This document shows positions 9,752 to 18,512 of a DNA stretch of 64,000 nt, piece after piece. The stretch's first letter is position 1. Each line of letters starts with the position of its first letter. The position numbers and the translations under genes were made by a program. The notes under the pieces were generated by a model. The model was not told where the DNA came from. It was given only the letters and a program-made list of their open reading frames with translations, and made no database searches. Origin of the DNA: a virus; the IMG/VR virus record IMGVR_UViG_3300035698_006348, positions 22,464-86,463 of that record. One strand, written 5' to 3'.

Positions 9752-10671
9752 CTTTGATCTCCTTTATTATATTTTTTCCTTTTAGTTACTTTACTAGGAA
9801 ATTCAAAAGCATACTTACTATTTTCCTTTACAAGCTTTTCAAAATCTTTAGCTGTATTTCCATCACTAAAGAAATCAGTTATATCATACTTATCTTCAAA
9901 ACCACTGAACGTATATATATGTGACCTATACAAACCAAGATTCTCAGCTACCTTTATAGCACCTTTAAGCCCAGCTTTATCATTATCATAAACAATGTAA
10001 ATCTCCTTCTGTCCTGCAAAATATCTAAACCATTCATTCTGCCATCCAGTAGCTCCAGTACTTTGGGCTACCGCTGGAAATCCATTCTGTTCTAGCATTA
10101 TTGCATCTACTGGGCCTTCACAAATGTACACAACCTCTGTAGTAGCTAATGCCTCTGTATTATACAGGACTATTTCAGAATATTTCTTATAGTAGAGCCT
10201 AATTGTTTTCTTAGGTATCTCTTTTCTTAGTTGAAAATTCGTAAATTCTCCATCTTTATACAGAGGAATTGTGTAGTATTCTTCAAAGTACCCTAACCTA
10301 AATCTGTCTATTGTTTCGTCTGTGTAACCACGTTTATTATACCAATAGTCTCTGTTATTCTTTCCATTTTCAAAAAACATTTCAACAAGTTTAGGATACA
10401 CTACAAAGTTATCTCTTGTAGCATTCTTTGCTACTATTGGTGCAACATACTTATTTGCATCCCTAACACGCTCTTTAGCCTTTGTAAATGTATATCCTTT
10501 TACCTTTATTAGATAAGTGTAAACGTCTCCAACAATATTTCTTGAGTTCCAAAAGAACAGTTGTCTATCAATATCTAAAACTAATGAATCATGTTCTACA
10601 GCATGTTTCCACCTTCCACTACCCTCCAATTCAAAGTCTGAACCAACAATTGATTCTAAAAGAGTACTCAT
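9748..10671 (-). CDS. DNA primase (DnaG-like, TOPRIM)
   Basis: RGYTDETIDRFRLG, ICEGPVDA, YDNDKAG, YDITDF. Confidence 0.88.
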   Translation of the reverse strand: MSTLLESIVGSDFELEGSGRWKHAVEHDSLVLDIDRQLFFWNSRNIVGDVYTYLIKVKGYTFTKAKERVRDANKYVAPIVAKNATRDNFVVYPKLVEMFFENGKNNRDYWYNKRGYTDETIDRFRLGYFEEYYTIPLYKDGEFTNFQLRKEIPKKTIRLYYKKYSEIVLYNTEALATTEVVYICEGPVDAIMLEQNGFPAVAQSTGATGWQNEWFRYFAGQKEIYIVYDNDKAGLKGAIKVAENLGLYRSHIYTFSGFEDKYDITDFFSDGNTAKDFEKLVKENSKYAFEFPSKVTKRKKYNKGDQR

Positions 10672-10758
10672 TATACAGCAAGGCAAACACGGATACTAAT
10701 ATATAAAGTAAACAAACCGACTAAAATAAAAAAAAGCTCTACCATAATATTCTCCTTC

Positions 10759-11088
10759 TCAATAGCAATAATCCCAATCACACTCCCACTCACCATCATC
10801 ATTTTTTGAAATACTAAGACAGTCTTGCTCATCCATAAGATTTAATAACTGCTTTACTTCTTCTTCCAATTTTTTAATATGCTGTTCAGAGTCTTCTATA
10901 TTTTTGTCTAAATTTTCTTCAAGCATATCAATGGTTTTATACAGCCCCTCAATAGTAGCATCCTTCTCTTTGTTTAAATCAACACACTCTGTATAATATC
11001 TTTCCCAATCATCACACAACGTTTGAAGATAATCAATAAATACATTATCTTCTTTTATAGTTGTTCTTAATTCTCCTTTAGTAATCAT
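10759..11088 (-). CDS. hypothetical coiled-coil protein
   Basis: 109-aa ORF overlapping upstream stop. Confidence 0.55.
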   Translation of the reverse strand: MITKGELRTTIKEDNVFIDYLQTLCDDWERYYTECVDLNKEKDATIEGLYKTIDMLEENLDKNIEDSEQHIKKLEEEVKQLLNLMDEQDCLSISKNDDGEWECDWDYCY

Positions 11089-11348
11089 CCTATCCTTTCC
11101 TTTATATAGTCTGAAAGCTTTATAGACATATCAACTAAATAGAAAAACGCACTAATTCCTCGTGTAAATAATAGATAGAACATAACAGGGTACCAAAATA
11201 TAGAAATTGCAATTACTTTATATGTAAGAAATAAAACATCTAATAGGATATCACCTATAATTCCCTTTTCTATATAAGAATACAACCTTATCGTATATAA
11301 ACTTATAAATACAACAAACCCAATTTCAAAATACTCCTTTTCAGTCAT
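11085..11348 (-). CDS. hypothetical membrane protein
   Basis: Two to three hydrophobic segments. Confidence 0.55.
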   Translation of the reverse strand: MTEKEYFEIGFVVFISLYTIRLYSYIEKGIIGDILLDVLFLTYKVIAISIFWYPVMFYLLFTRGISAFFYLVDMSIKLSDYIKERIG

Positions 11349-11357
11349 GGTACTATC

Positions 11358-11657
11358 CTAAAGGTCTAATAATCTATACATTGATTTAACAATTTCATGT
11401 GTGTCTCTTACTCTACCTGTAGCAGTTGCTATTTTTTTTGCGAGTAAGCTTTGATTTCTATCATCTTTCTCAAGCTCAGATATGCCTGTACTTGGAGCAG
11501 GAGAAACACAAACCTCTCCCAAAGCTTCTGATAAATCAGCCACATCATTATTTAGCTCAATAAGAACCTTTTCTAGCTCTACAAAGTTCCTATCAATCCA
11601 ACCATTTTCCTTATCAATTTCCATTCCTGCGGCCTTAATTTCCCGTTCTGTTGACAT
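11358..11657 (-). CDS. hypothetical protein
   Basis: AAGGAG RBS, 99 aa. Confidence 0.65.
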   Translation of the reverse strand: MSTEREIKAAGMEIDKENGWIDRNFVELEKVLIELNNDVADLSEALGEVCVSPAPSTGISELEKDDRNQSLLAKKIATATGRVRDTHEIVKSMYRLLDL

Positions 11658-11668
11658 TACAATCTCCT

Positions 11669-11806
11669 TTATATAAATAACTTAGTTTTATCCACTAATT
11701 TCTTATTCTCTATTGCATAATATTTCATACATAGAAAACAATACAGATAACGAATGTTATCCTTATACACTATTTCAAAACAACCATTACACGTTGGGCA
11801 TTTCAT
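11669..11806 (-). CDS. 45-aa zinc-ribbon microprotein (not in ORF track)
   Basis: Manual translation MKCPTCNGCFEIVYKDNIRYLYCFLCMKYY...; CxxC...CxxC, fills gap between genes. Confidence 0.5.
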   Translation of the reverse strand: MKCPTCNGCFEIVYKDNIRYLYCFLCMKYYAIENKKLVDKTKLFI

Positions 11807-12293
11807 GTACTCTGTCCAATAAACTATAAATCTTTAATTTGCAAGCGGCCTTATAAATAGATAATCCAAACTCAATATCACTACTGGTTACCATATTTCC
11901 TTTATTAGAGATGATTGTAACAAACTCTCCATCTATGGTAGTAATTGAAAAGCTAAAGTCTTTTGGATTACTAAATTGCCCAACAAATAATTCTAACCCA
12001 GACCGTAAACAGCGATCCTTATACATACAAAATATATCAATGAGTTTCTTTTTAAACCCAATCTCTATATAAGAGATTCTAGTTAAATCTGACCTATTCT
12101 TTATATGGTATGGATTTACCAATGTAATTTCCCCAGTGGTATTATCCTTTACCCATGTGTATGTATAATATAAAATATAGTATAGAATAATTATTTCTTT
12201 TTCCTTTAGTTTATCTACATCTAAAGTCTTTATCCATTCCAATTTATCAGAAAATATATTGAGTACTTTACTTCTTTTCACAAATATCTCCAA
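11787..12293 (-). CDS. hypothetical protein
   Basis: 168-aa ORF in operon. Confidence 0.55.
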   Translation of the reverse strand: MEIFVKRSKVLNIFSDKLEWIKTLDVDKLKEKEIIILYYILYYTYTWVKDNTTGEITLVNPYHIKNRSDLTRISYIEIGFKKKLIDIFCMYKDRCLRSGLELFVGQFSNPKDFSFSITTIDGEFVTIISNKGNMVTSSDIEFGLSIYKAACKLKIYSLLDRVHEMPNV

Positions 12294-12296
12294 TCT

Positions 12297-12818
12297 CTAA
12301 TGTCTGTACTTTCCATTCTTTAATATCTTCCTAACAGCATCTCTATAGGAATATGGATAGAAATTATTTGTATCAACTCCACAATCAAAAGAAGATGATC
12401 CCTGTGAATGTGTTAATGTTCCATGGCTATGCCCGTAAATATGATAAGAGCCATGATACGATTTATTCCAAACCCTCATTGCATAATGACATAAAACAAA
12501 CAGCTTTCCCTTTATTCTTATTTCGTGAATGGTGTCATAAAAATCAAAAAACTTTTCTTTATTCTTAATGGCTAATCTATCATGGTTGCCACTTATAAGA
12601 ATAATCTTACCATTCAATCTATCAAAATATTTATCAAATCTATTTCCAAATGCAAAGTCACCTAAATGATATATGGTGTCATTATTAGTAATAACAGAAT
12701 TCCATCTTTTTATTATTTCATTATCCATCTCCTCTACATCTTTAAATGGTCTCTTACAATAACCTATAATCTTACTATGGCCAAAATGTGTATCAGCAGT
12801 AAAAAAAATCTTATTCAT
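12297..12818 (-). CDS. calcineurin-like metallophosphoesterase
   Basis: DTHFGH, HLGDF, GNHD, LCHY, YGHSH, DCGVD. Confidence 0.9.
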   Translation of the reverse strand: MNKIFFTADTHFGHSKIIGYCKRPFKDVEEMDNEIIKRWNSVITNNDTIYHLGDFAFGNRFDKYFDRLNGKIILISGNHDRLAIKNKEKFFDFYDTIHEIRIKGKLFVLCHYAMRVWNKSYHGSYHIYGHSHGTLTHSQGSSSFDCGVDTNNFYPYSYRDAVRKILKNGKYRH

Positions 12819-13083
12819 AACTAAAATAATCCTGACTACTATGTTCTTTCTTTCCTGTTATAAAATATTTATATAGTAAAACAGATAAAAACATCCATAC
12901 ATTCATTCTTCTATCAACGTTACCAAACTCAGTCTCCTTTAGAAACTTAGAAGAAAAGAGTTTATAATCATAATATGGAGCACCATTTTTAGACTCACCT
13001 TTATTTTCTATAACTATCCTGTCTAATACTTCTTTTTTAGTCTCATCTCCAAATGGAATAAGCTCTACTGTAATTCTTAACAT
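12811..13083 (-). CDS. hypothetical protein
   Basis: MLRITVELIPFG... with AAGGA RBS. Confidence 0.6.
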   Translation of the reverse strand: MLRITVELIPFGDETKKEVLDRIVIENKGESKNGAPYYDYKLFSSKFLKETEFGNVDRRMNVWMFLSVLLYKYFITGKKEHSSQDYFSYE

Positions 13084-13222
13084 TATTCTTCCTTTCTTAA
13101 CCACCTAATAGATATAAATGGAAACCGCCAACTAAGGCAAAGTGTGATATATTGCATCTCTCTAAAAATACTATAGCTTCCAAAGTTTTCACAATAAATT
13201 CGCCGAATAGGTGTATAAAATT

Positions 13223-13525
13223 TTACCATTTCCTAACTGCTCCAAATTTATCTAATTCTACTTCACCAGTTATTATTAAGTCTGTTGGTACAAAATCTCC
13301 CATAAACTGTCCTAAATACATTGGATGATTATCAGCTATAATTTCTAAACCACATGAGCAATCAATTGATGTATCTTTTGGGGGTAACGGCCATACTCTC
13401 CTACAGCGTGGGCAACAAAACAACTTCGCTGGCTTTGGAAGTATAAGCCCACTAACTAAAAAGGATTCTTCTCTAGCATCATCTAGTAAATAATCTTTTA
13501 GTGGTAATCTTTCAGTAATTTGCAT
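13223..13525 (-). CDS. hypothetical Zn-binding protein
   Basis: CPRC...CSC. Confidence 0.55.
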   Translation of the reverse strand: MQITERLPLKDYLLDDAREESFLVSGLILPKPAKLFCCPRCRRVWPLPPKDTSIDCSCGLEIIADNHPMYLGQFMGDFVPTDLIITGEVELDKFGAVRKW

Positions 13526-13896
13526 TATAAAATCCCTTCATATCCAAATGGAACCCTTGACACAGAAGTAAACCCACTGTCAACAAGCTTTTTACTCATC
13601 TCTTTTCCTGCTTCAATATTCCATGTATGGACAACAATTAGTACATTTTTATATTTATAATTATCACACATCCATCTAACAACTTCCATTCCACAATCTT
13701 CTCTAAAAGAATCTACAAATACTTCACCACCTAAATCATGGTCTAATTTAATAACATCAAACTCAGAGTTTTTAAGTGCCTCTATTGCTTCTGTGGCTGT
13801 TTTACAATAGTGTACATTATCATTATACTTACCATGAAACTTCTTTGCTCTATCTATCCTATCTTCACTATCATCTAAAAATAAAACTTTAGCCAT
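13525..13896 (-). CDS. cyclic-phosphate-processing receiver (cREC)-like protein
   Basis: LFLDD, DVIKLDHDLG, GMEVVRWM, VHTWN: signature of the divergent REC-fold family linked to RNA repair, not a canonical response regulator. Confidence 0.7.
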   Translation of the reverse strand: MAKVLFLDDSEDRIDRAKKFHGKYNDNVHYCKTATEAIEALKNSEFDVIKLDHDLGGEVFVDSFREDCGMEVVRWMCDNYKYKNVLIVVHTWNIEAGKEMSKKLVDSGFTSVSRVPFGYEGIL

Positions 13897-13912
13897 GTTA
13901 ATCCTTTCATAT

Positions 13913-14191
13913 CTACAGCCCACTTTTAACAACTGGTGAGTTTAATACAATATATCCCTGCATTTCAAGAAGTTCATAAATTCCTGTAATTTGTTTTTTC
14001 AATCTTTCTATCTCAGCATTCAACCTATCTTCTTCAGGGCGAGTATTCCAGGCGGCCCAGGCTTCGGCTTCGGTCTTAAATTGCATTGTTTCTATACCGC
14101 ACTTACGACACTCAACAACATAGTACACTCGATCTAAATCACCAGTAAGTAAATTCGGATCACATCCGCAAAACGGACACTTTTTATTCAT
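13913..14191 (-). CDS. Lar family restriction alleviation protein
   Basis: KKCPFCG...YVVECRKCG...TEAEAWAAWNTR; GGAGG RBS before ATG 14191. Confidence 0.7.
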   Translation of the reverse strand: MNKKCPFCGCDPNLLTGDLDRVYYVVECRKCGIETMQFKTEAEAWAAWNTRPEEDRLNAEIERLKKQITGIYELLEMQGYIVLNSPVVKSGL

Positions 14192-14204
14192 CCTTACCTC
14201 CATA

Positions 14205-14237
14205 TAAAGAATGGTGCCACAAATAAAAGTGGCACCA
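14205..14237 (-). terminator. terminator-like hairpin
   Basis: TGGTGCCAC/GTGGCACCA 9-bp perfect stem followed by TTCTTTAT on minus strand. Confidence 0.5.
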
Positions 14238-14249
14238 AACATACCTAAC

Positions 14250-14702
14250 CTACCCTACAGCGTCTGCATAAGCAATTGCCATTAGTTTACAATCTTCTAA
14301 AGTCTCGGCTGTAAACCCAACTTCTAAAGCTTTACTATCTTCTGGGTGCTTTTTCAAATGTTCATCAGACCATCCAGAGGTATTAGTAAGATTACCTGCT
14401 TCAACTTTATCACCAATCTCAAAACCAAAAAATGCCTTATGTGACCAACCATACCATTTATTCATTGTTTTGCTAAAACCAATTGAACAAACTTTATCTT
14501 CTGGATTTGATAACTCAGGAGCAATCCCCATATCAACACATAATTTCTTTGCAAAACGTGACGGCCCAATAAAATGACCCTCTGGAGTAAAAGCTGAAGT
14601 AATAATCATTACCTTTTCAGAGGCATTCTCATCAGCATCATACTCAATTCTCTTTACTACATATCCTGCCTTATATTTCCGTTCCTTTAAAATTCTAGTC
14701 AT
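14250..14702 (-). CDS. conserved phage hypothetical protein
   Basis: CSIGFS...KWYGWSH.A..GF.IG motif. Confidence 0.65.
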   Translation of the reverse strand: MTRILKERKYKAGYVVKRIEYDADENASEKVMIITSAFTPEGHFIGPSRFAKKLCVDMGIAPELSNPEDKVCSIGFSKTMNKWYGWSHKAFFGFEIGDKVEAGNLTNTSGWSDEHLKKHPEDSKALEVGFTAETLEDCKLMAIAYADAVG

Positions 14703-14835
14703 ATGAATCCTCTGCCGCTACACTTGCGGCTAACTCTACAAACTCTTGTGCCGTTTCATCGTAATCATACAATTCAGCAATATCTAAATCAGTCATTCCA
14801 CCATCATCTCCACTAGGAGGATCGCAAGCTTTCAT
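14695..14835 (-). CDS. 46-aa highly acidic microprotein (not in ORF track)
   Basis: MKACDPPSGDDGGMTDLDIAELYDYDETAQEFVELAASVAAEDSYD; AAAGGA RBS, abuts both neighbours. Confidence 0.55.
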   Translation of the reverse strand: MKACDPPSGDDGGMTDLDIAELYDYDETAQEFVELAASVAAEDSYD

Positions 14836-14836
14836 T

Positions 14837-15076
14837 TCATAATCCTTTCCTTACTATAATATTATTTTCCTTATCACTAATAATTGCTTTTAATTGGTTA
14901 ATCATATCATCTAAATTTGTAAACGAAAATAAAAGCAAAACCTTTCCATCTTCTGTTACAACGAAAACTTCTCCACTAATAATATTGCTTGAGAATGATA
15001 CACGTACATCTGCAAGAGAATATGTAGATTTAATTCGTTGCACCAACGATCTAACAATTAGTAACTTTGAGTACAT
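14837..15076 (-). CDS. hypothetical protein
   Basis: AAGGAGG RBS before ATG 15076. Confidence 0.6.
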   Translation of the reverse strand: MYSKLLIVRSLVQRIKSTYSLADVRVSFSSNIISGEVFVVTEDGKVLLLFSFTNLDDMINQLKAIISDKENNIIVRKGL

Positions 15077-15197
15077 AAACCTCCTTTCCAAATAGACATA
15101 TATGGAACTGCACCATAAGATACTCTTCAACAAGTTATGTCTACAATGACAAAATGAATAACGCTGACCCTTGCTCGTTTTTCATCTCTATAGTATC

Positions 15198-15256
15198 ATT
15201 ATAACAAAATCATAGACATAATACAAATGACAAATGTCATGTCTTTAATATGACAT
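15198..15256 (-). promoter_or_regulatory. extended -10 promoter with adjacent ATGACA/TGTCAT palindromic boxes
   Basis: Minus strand TTGTAT-17bp-TATAAT with TG at -15/-14; ATGACAAATGTCAT palindrome (15227-15240) and third half-site (15250-15256) immediately upstream of -35. Confidence 0.55.
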
Positions 15257-15261
15257 TCATA

Positions 15262-15307
15262 CAAAAGACTAAAACTGTCAATATGCTAAATAAGACAGTT
15301 TTAGTCT
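15262..15307 (-). terminator. intrinsic terminator-like hairpin
   Basis: AGACTAAAACTGTC/GACAGTTTTAGTCT 14-bp stem, short T-tract on minus strand. Confidence 0.65.
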
Positions 15308-15316
15308 GATTAATTC

Positions 15317-15637
15317 TTATCCTGCTTTAAGCTCTCGTGAATATGTTTTCAGAGGTTTGATAGCGGCATCATAACCAAAGTAGGACACCAATGAAGCTAA
15401 AGCTACCATAATAGTAAACTTCAAAAGTACAAGCCAACTCATAGCCAATACCGGTGATTCAACGCTAATCCCAAGCCAAAACAAAGCAAAGGGCATAAAA
15501 ATATTAATAATTGGAATAGCCAATACATAGAATAAAGCTGGAAGATCCAACTCTGGATTCTTTGCAATCTTTCGTACCACAAATTTAATAAATTCTACGA
15601 ACAAGGCGGTCAAGCCGCCAGAAGTCAATACAGTCAT
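15317..15637 (-). CDS. small membrane protein, possible holin
   Basis: 106 aa, about 3 hydrophobic helices, basic C-terminus. Confidence 0.45.
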   Translation of the reverse strand: MTVLTSGGLTALFVEFIKFVVRKIAKNPELDLPALFYVLAIPIINIFMPFALFWLGISVESPVLAMSWLVLLKFTIMVALASLVSYFGYDAAIKPLKTYSRELKAG

Positions 15638-15653
15638 AATAATTCTCCTTTAA

Positions 15654-16202
15654 TTACCATTCTTTTATCATTGTTTGTATATAAACATACATATCTTCAA
15701 CAATATGTTCTTTAGAGATAGTACCATTATTATTGATAAGTCCATGTGGTCTATACTTATCTAGGCTAGTTTCAGAATCTGTTAGCCCTAGAGGGGAATC
15801 TAAAAGTGTATCAGAATATGGACGATTAATTATAAAGGTTATTGGAACACCAACATGTGCTTCAGTTACAAAATCAACCTCATTTGGATATCGCCAATCA
15901 TCAATAATAATAAAATCAAAATCTTTCCCACAACTAAATAAAGTATTGAGTGATTTCTTTATCCAAACATCTTTATCATACTCCCTAAATACCTTTCCAC
16001 AGTCTATTAGTAGTTTCCGTCCTCTTTCATCCTTTTCCCCATCCCAACCAAGAAATGAGCAAATTCTTTTTAAACTAGACGCTACTGGTAAAACTACAGA
16101 CTTGTATTTAGTATTCAATACATCATTTAACTCATCTGCTATTGTACTTTTACCAGCCCCTGCTTTACCTCCTATGAAGATAACATATCTATTTCCAAGC
16201 AT
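15654..16202 (-). CDS. deoxynucleoside monophosphate kinase (P-loop)
   Basis: GGKAGAGKST, GWDGEKDERGRKLL, IIDDWRYPNE, SETSLD. Confidence 0.8.
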   Translation of the reverse strand: MLGNRYVIFIGGKAGAGKSTIADELNDVLNTKYKSVVLPVASSLKRICSFLGWDGEKDERGRKLLIDCGKVFREYDKDVWIKKSLNTLFSCGKDFDFIIIDDWRYPNEVDFVTEAHVGVPITFIINRPYSDTLLDSPLGLTDSETSLDKYRPHGLINNNGTISKEHIVEDMYVYIQTMIKEW

Positions 16203-16203
16203 C

Positions 16204-16434
16204 TTATTCTCCTTTCCTATCCGAGTGATACTCCTCTAAAATTCCTTCTAATACCTTATGTGAGATAGCCCCATCCATTACGAGAAAATGAAGGATAAAA
16301 GCTAAGCTATCTATCCCAATAACTATAGAGTTATTTGTAGCAATAAAAAAACCTTTCCCACCAACTTGTTGTAATACAAGTGTATTTAGATGTGGAATAT
16401 TTTTTATAAGTAGTTTTGGGGCATCTTTTTCCAC
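16204..16434 (-). CDS. hypothetical protein
   Basis: AGGAGG RBS, GTG start. Confidence 0.6.
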   Translation of the reverse strand: MEKDAPKLLIKNIPHLNTLVLQQVGGKGFFIATNNSIVIGIDSLAFILHFLVMDGAISHKVLEGILEEYHSDRKGE

Positions 16435-16688
16435 TATTCCTCCTTACTGAATAAGTCATACTCACAGTCTTTAAGCACCTGTTGGGCAGAAAAATTTACA
16501 TCAGCCACTGCTGAACCAAACTCTTTTGCAACAGACCTAAATTTACTCTCTACAGATTCCCACTCTAGTAGATTTGTAGTACGTTTCTGGGTAACCACCA
16601 TAGTAGCTACCCAGAGACCTTTTTCATTCTTGATTGTTTTTGTATCTAATATAATCTCTTTACCAATATAGTCTTCTTCTTCCGACAT
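16434..16688 (-). CDS. hypothetical protein
   Basis: 84-aa ORF with RBS. Confidence 0.6.
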   Translation of the reverse strand: MSEEEDYIGKEIILDTKTIKNEKGLWVATMVVTQKRTTNLLEWESVESKFRSVAKEFGSAVADVNFSAQQVLKDCEYDLFSKEE

Positions 16689-16716
16689 ATTATCCTTCCT
16701 ACAGCCTAAGCTTTTA

Positions 16717-17400
16717 TTAGATTGACTTTCTGTTCCATTTTTGGAATGGTGCTAATCTATTGTGTAATGATTCAAGAATCTCTACGTCACCCTCATTATG
16801 ATCCATTACTCGCTGTAAAGCGGCATTGTCACCATACTTAGCATCTCTCCAATCACTCCAATCAATCTCTGTTTTACCATCAATACCTAAGAATTTTGTA
16901 GCAGTTCTCAGTGTACTATTATGAAGCTGTAGTTTATTTCTAACTGTGTAATACAAATCCCAATGATATACTTCTCCAAAGCTAGGAAAATCTAAGTTAT
17001 GATATAAAGCTCTAGAACGAACAAATGGAATATCAAAGCGTGTACCATAATATGTAACAATAATAGAGTAATCCCGCATAGCTTCAACAAGGTGCTGAGT
17101 AACAGTCTTATCATAATTCTTTGTTACAATATCTTTTTTGGTGATTCTGTCTGCGATAATTTCGCCTTCTTTTGTTTTAATACACCAAGTAAGAATAACA
17201 CCAAAATCTGCTTTAAGATTGTCAACCTCAATATCTAAGTACCCTACTTTTAGTCCAGGTTCTTTATACCACGGTAGAGCTCTATCTGCTGGTTTTCGAC
17301 CATCTACTACCTTTCCCTGAGCAAAACAAGCAGGATGCTCTTCAAAACGATGTCTATGTGTACATTTTATAATATCTCTAATACCCTTTTTAAAATTCAT
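16717..17400 (-). CDS. RNase H-fold (DnaQ/DEDD-like) 3'-5' exonuclease
   Basis: YLDIE, TYYGTRFDIPF, DLY, HNEGDV; N-terminal C-H-H-C putative Zn site. Confidence 0.8.
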   Translation of the reverse strand: MNFKKGIRDIIKCTHRHRFEEHPACFAQGKVVDGRKPADRALPWYKEPGLKVGYLDIEVDNLKADFGVILTWCIKTKEGEIIADRITKKDIVTKNYDKTVTQHLVEAMRDYSIIVTYYGTRFDIPFVRSRALYHNLDFPSFGEVYHWDLYYTVRNKLQLHNSTLRTATKFLGIDGKTEIDWSDWRDAKYGDNAALQRVMDHNEGDVEILESLHNRLAPFQKWNRKSI

Positions 17401-17827
17401 CTGTTCTCCATAAAAGTTCCCTAGTTCTTCCTATTTGTTCACCAGTCAGGTTATGCTTCTCTATCATATATTCCAAATACCCTTCATTAGTGAAAACATC
17501 CCCAAGACTAAACCCTATCCTTCCGCACATAATAGAAAACACTTTCATAATTGTTATTGTGGTTAGTTTAACTTTTTTTGCTATATCTGATAGCACCATT
17601 CCATCCATAACAAACTCTAAAATCTGTGTCTCTAATTCAGAAAACTGTTTATTATCTTCTAGTCTTGTAATAGCTTTTTCAAGTGATAAAATATTATAGT
17701 AATCATCAGACATATCATGTCGTAAATCTCCATAACTTTCACCAAAAAGCATATTCTGATTTGCTGTTGGAACAGATTTTATAGCTATAAAATTCTTTAG
17801 CAACTGTTCAACATACCAACTACCCAT
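17390..17827 (-). CDS. HTH DNA-binding protein (sigma region 4/LuxR-like)
   Basis: FSELETQILEFVMDGMVLSDIAKKVKLTTITI helix-turn-helix pattern. Confidence 0.5.
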   Translation of the reverse strand: MGSWYVEQLLKNFIAIKSVPTANQNMLFGESYGDLRHDMSDDYYNILSLEKAITRLEDNKQFSELETQILEFVMDGMVLSDIAKKVKLTTITIMKVFSIMCGRIGFSLGDVFTNEGYLEYMIEKHNLTGEQIGRTRELLWRTDEF

Positions 17828-18509
17828 TATTAAACTCCTTTTGACATACTCCTCTGTAACTACAATTCTTGCATACAAAGTTTCCGTAATTATACATTCC
17901 AATAGCAGGGTATACTTCATTCTTTATACCACTTACAACATAAGGAAACACATAGTTACTAAAATAATTAATCTTACTTTTATTTATTGTAAACTTGTAC
18001 GACTTTGGTTTCGTGAGTAGTGCATATATAATTTCTTTTGGCTCCTTTCTATATAATTTTACATAGGCTATATAATATAACATAAACTGAATATCATTGT
18101 CAAGATTATAAGGCTGTGAAGAAGAAGTTTTCCAATCAATCAGTAATCCTGATGTGGTTATTCTATCTATTTTGCCAACTATATCTACACCCTGAAAATC
18201 AAGTTTAAAATATTTTTCTACTTCATCATCCTCCGATAATAGACTAGAAAATTCTTCATAGAAATTATATACACAAGCCTCTATCTTATTTTTTGCACTC
18301 TGTGAAATAATATTATACTTAGTGTATAATCTTTCTAAATTAGCAAGAGCTTTTGGTAAATTCCTCCAATCTTTTTCAATAGAGTCATGTACAGCACTTC
18401 CAACAGCCATTGCACTAGTCTGTACAGATAACTCTGGGTAGGTACGCCTATAAAAAGCACGTTTTGGACATGTTAGATAATCCTTTATCATTGATTGGCT
18501 TATTCTCAT
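17820..18509 (-). CDS. Cas4/RecB-like PD-(D/E)XK exonuclease with 4-Cys Fe-S motif
   Basis: TCP, GSAVH, GKIDRI, IDWKT, QFMLY, CKNCSYRGVC. Confidence 0.85.
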   Translation of the reverse strand: MRISQSMIKDYLTCPKRAFYRRTYPELSVQTSAMAVGSAVHDSIEKDWRNLPKALANLERLYTKYNIISQSAKNKIEACVYNFYEEFSSLLSEDDEVEKYFKLDFQGVDIVGKIDRITTSGLLIDWKTSSSQPYNLDNDIQFMLYYIAYVKLYRKEPKEIIYALLTKPKSYKFTINKSKINYFSNYVFPYVVSGIKNEVYPAIGMYNYGNFVCKNCSYRGVCQKEFNNG

Positions 18510-18512
18510 TAG

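Noticed and set aside
13525-13896. Two-component response regulator
   Set aside because: DHDLG and HTWN motifs fit the cyclic-phosphate-processing REC family; no output domain or kinase
15141-15185. 14-codon ORF MKNEQGSALFILSL downstream of the 15.2 kb promoter
   Set aside because: Too short to support; weak RBS; resemblance to a pilin-like leader is probably chance
17820-18509. CRISPR-Cas system suggested by the Cas4-like gene
   Set aside because: No repeat-spacer array or other cas genes in the window; solo Cas4-like exonucleases are routine in phage recombination modules
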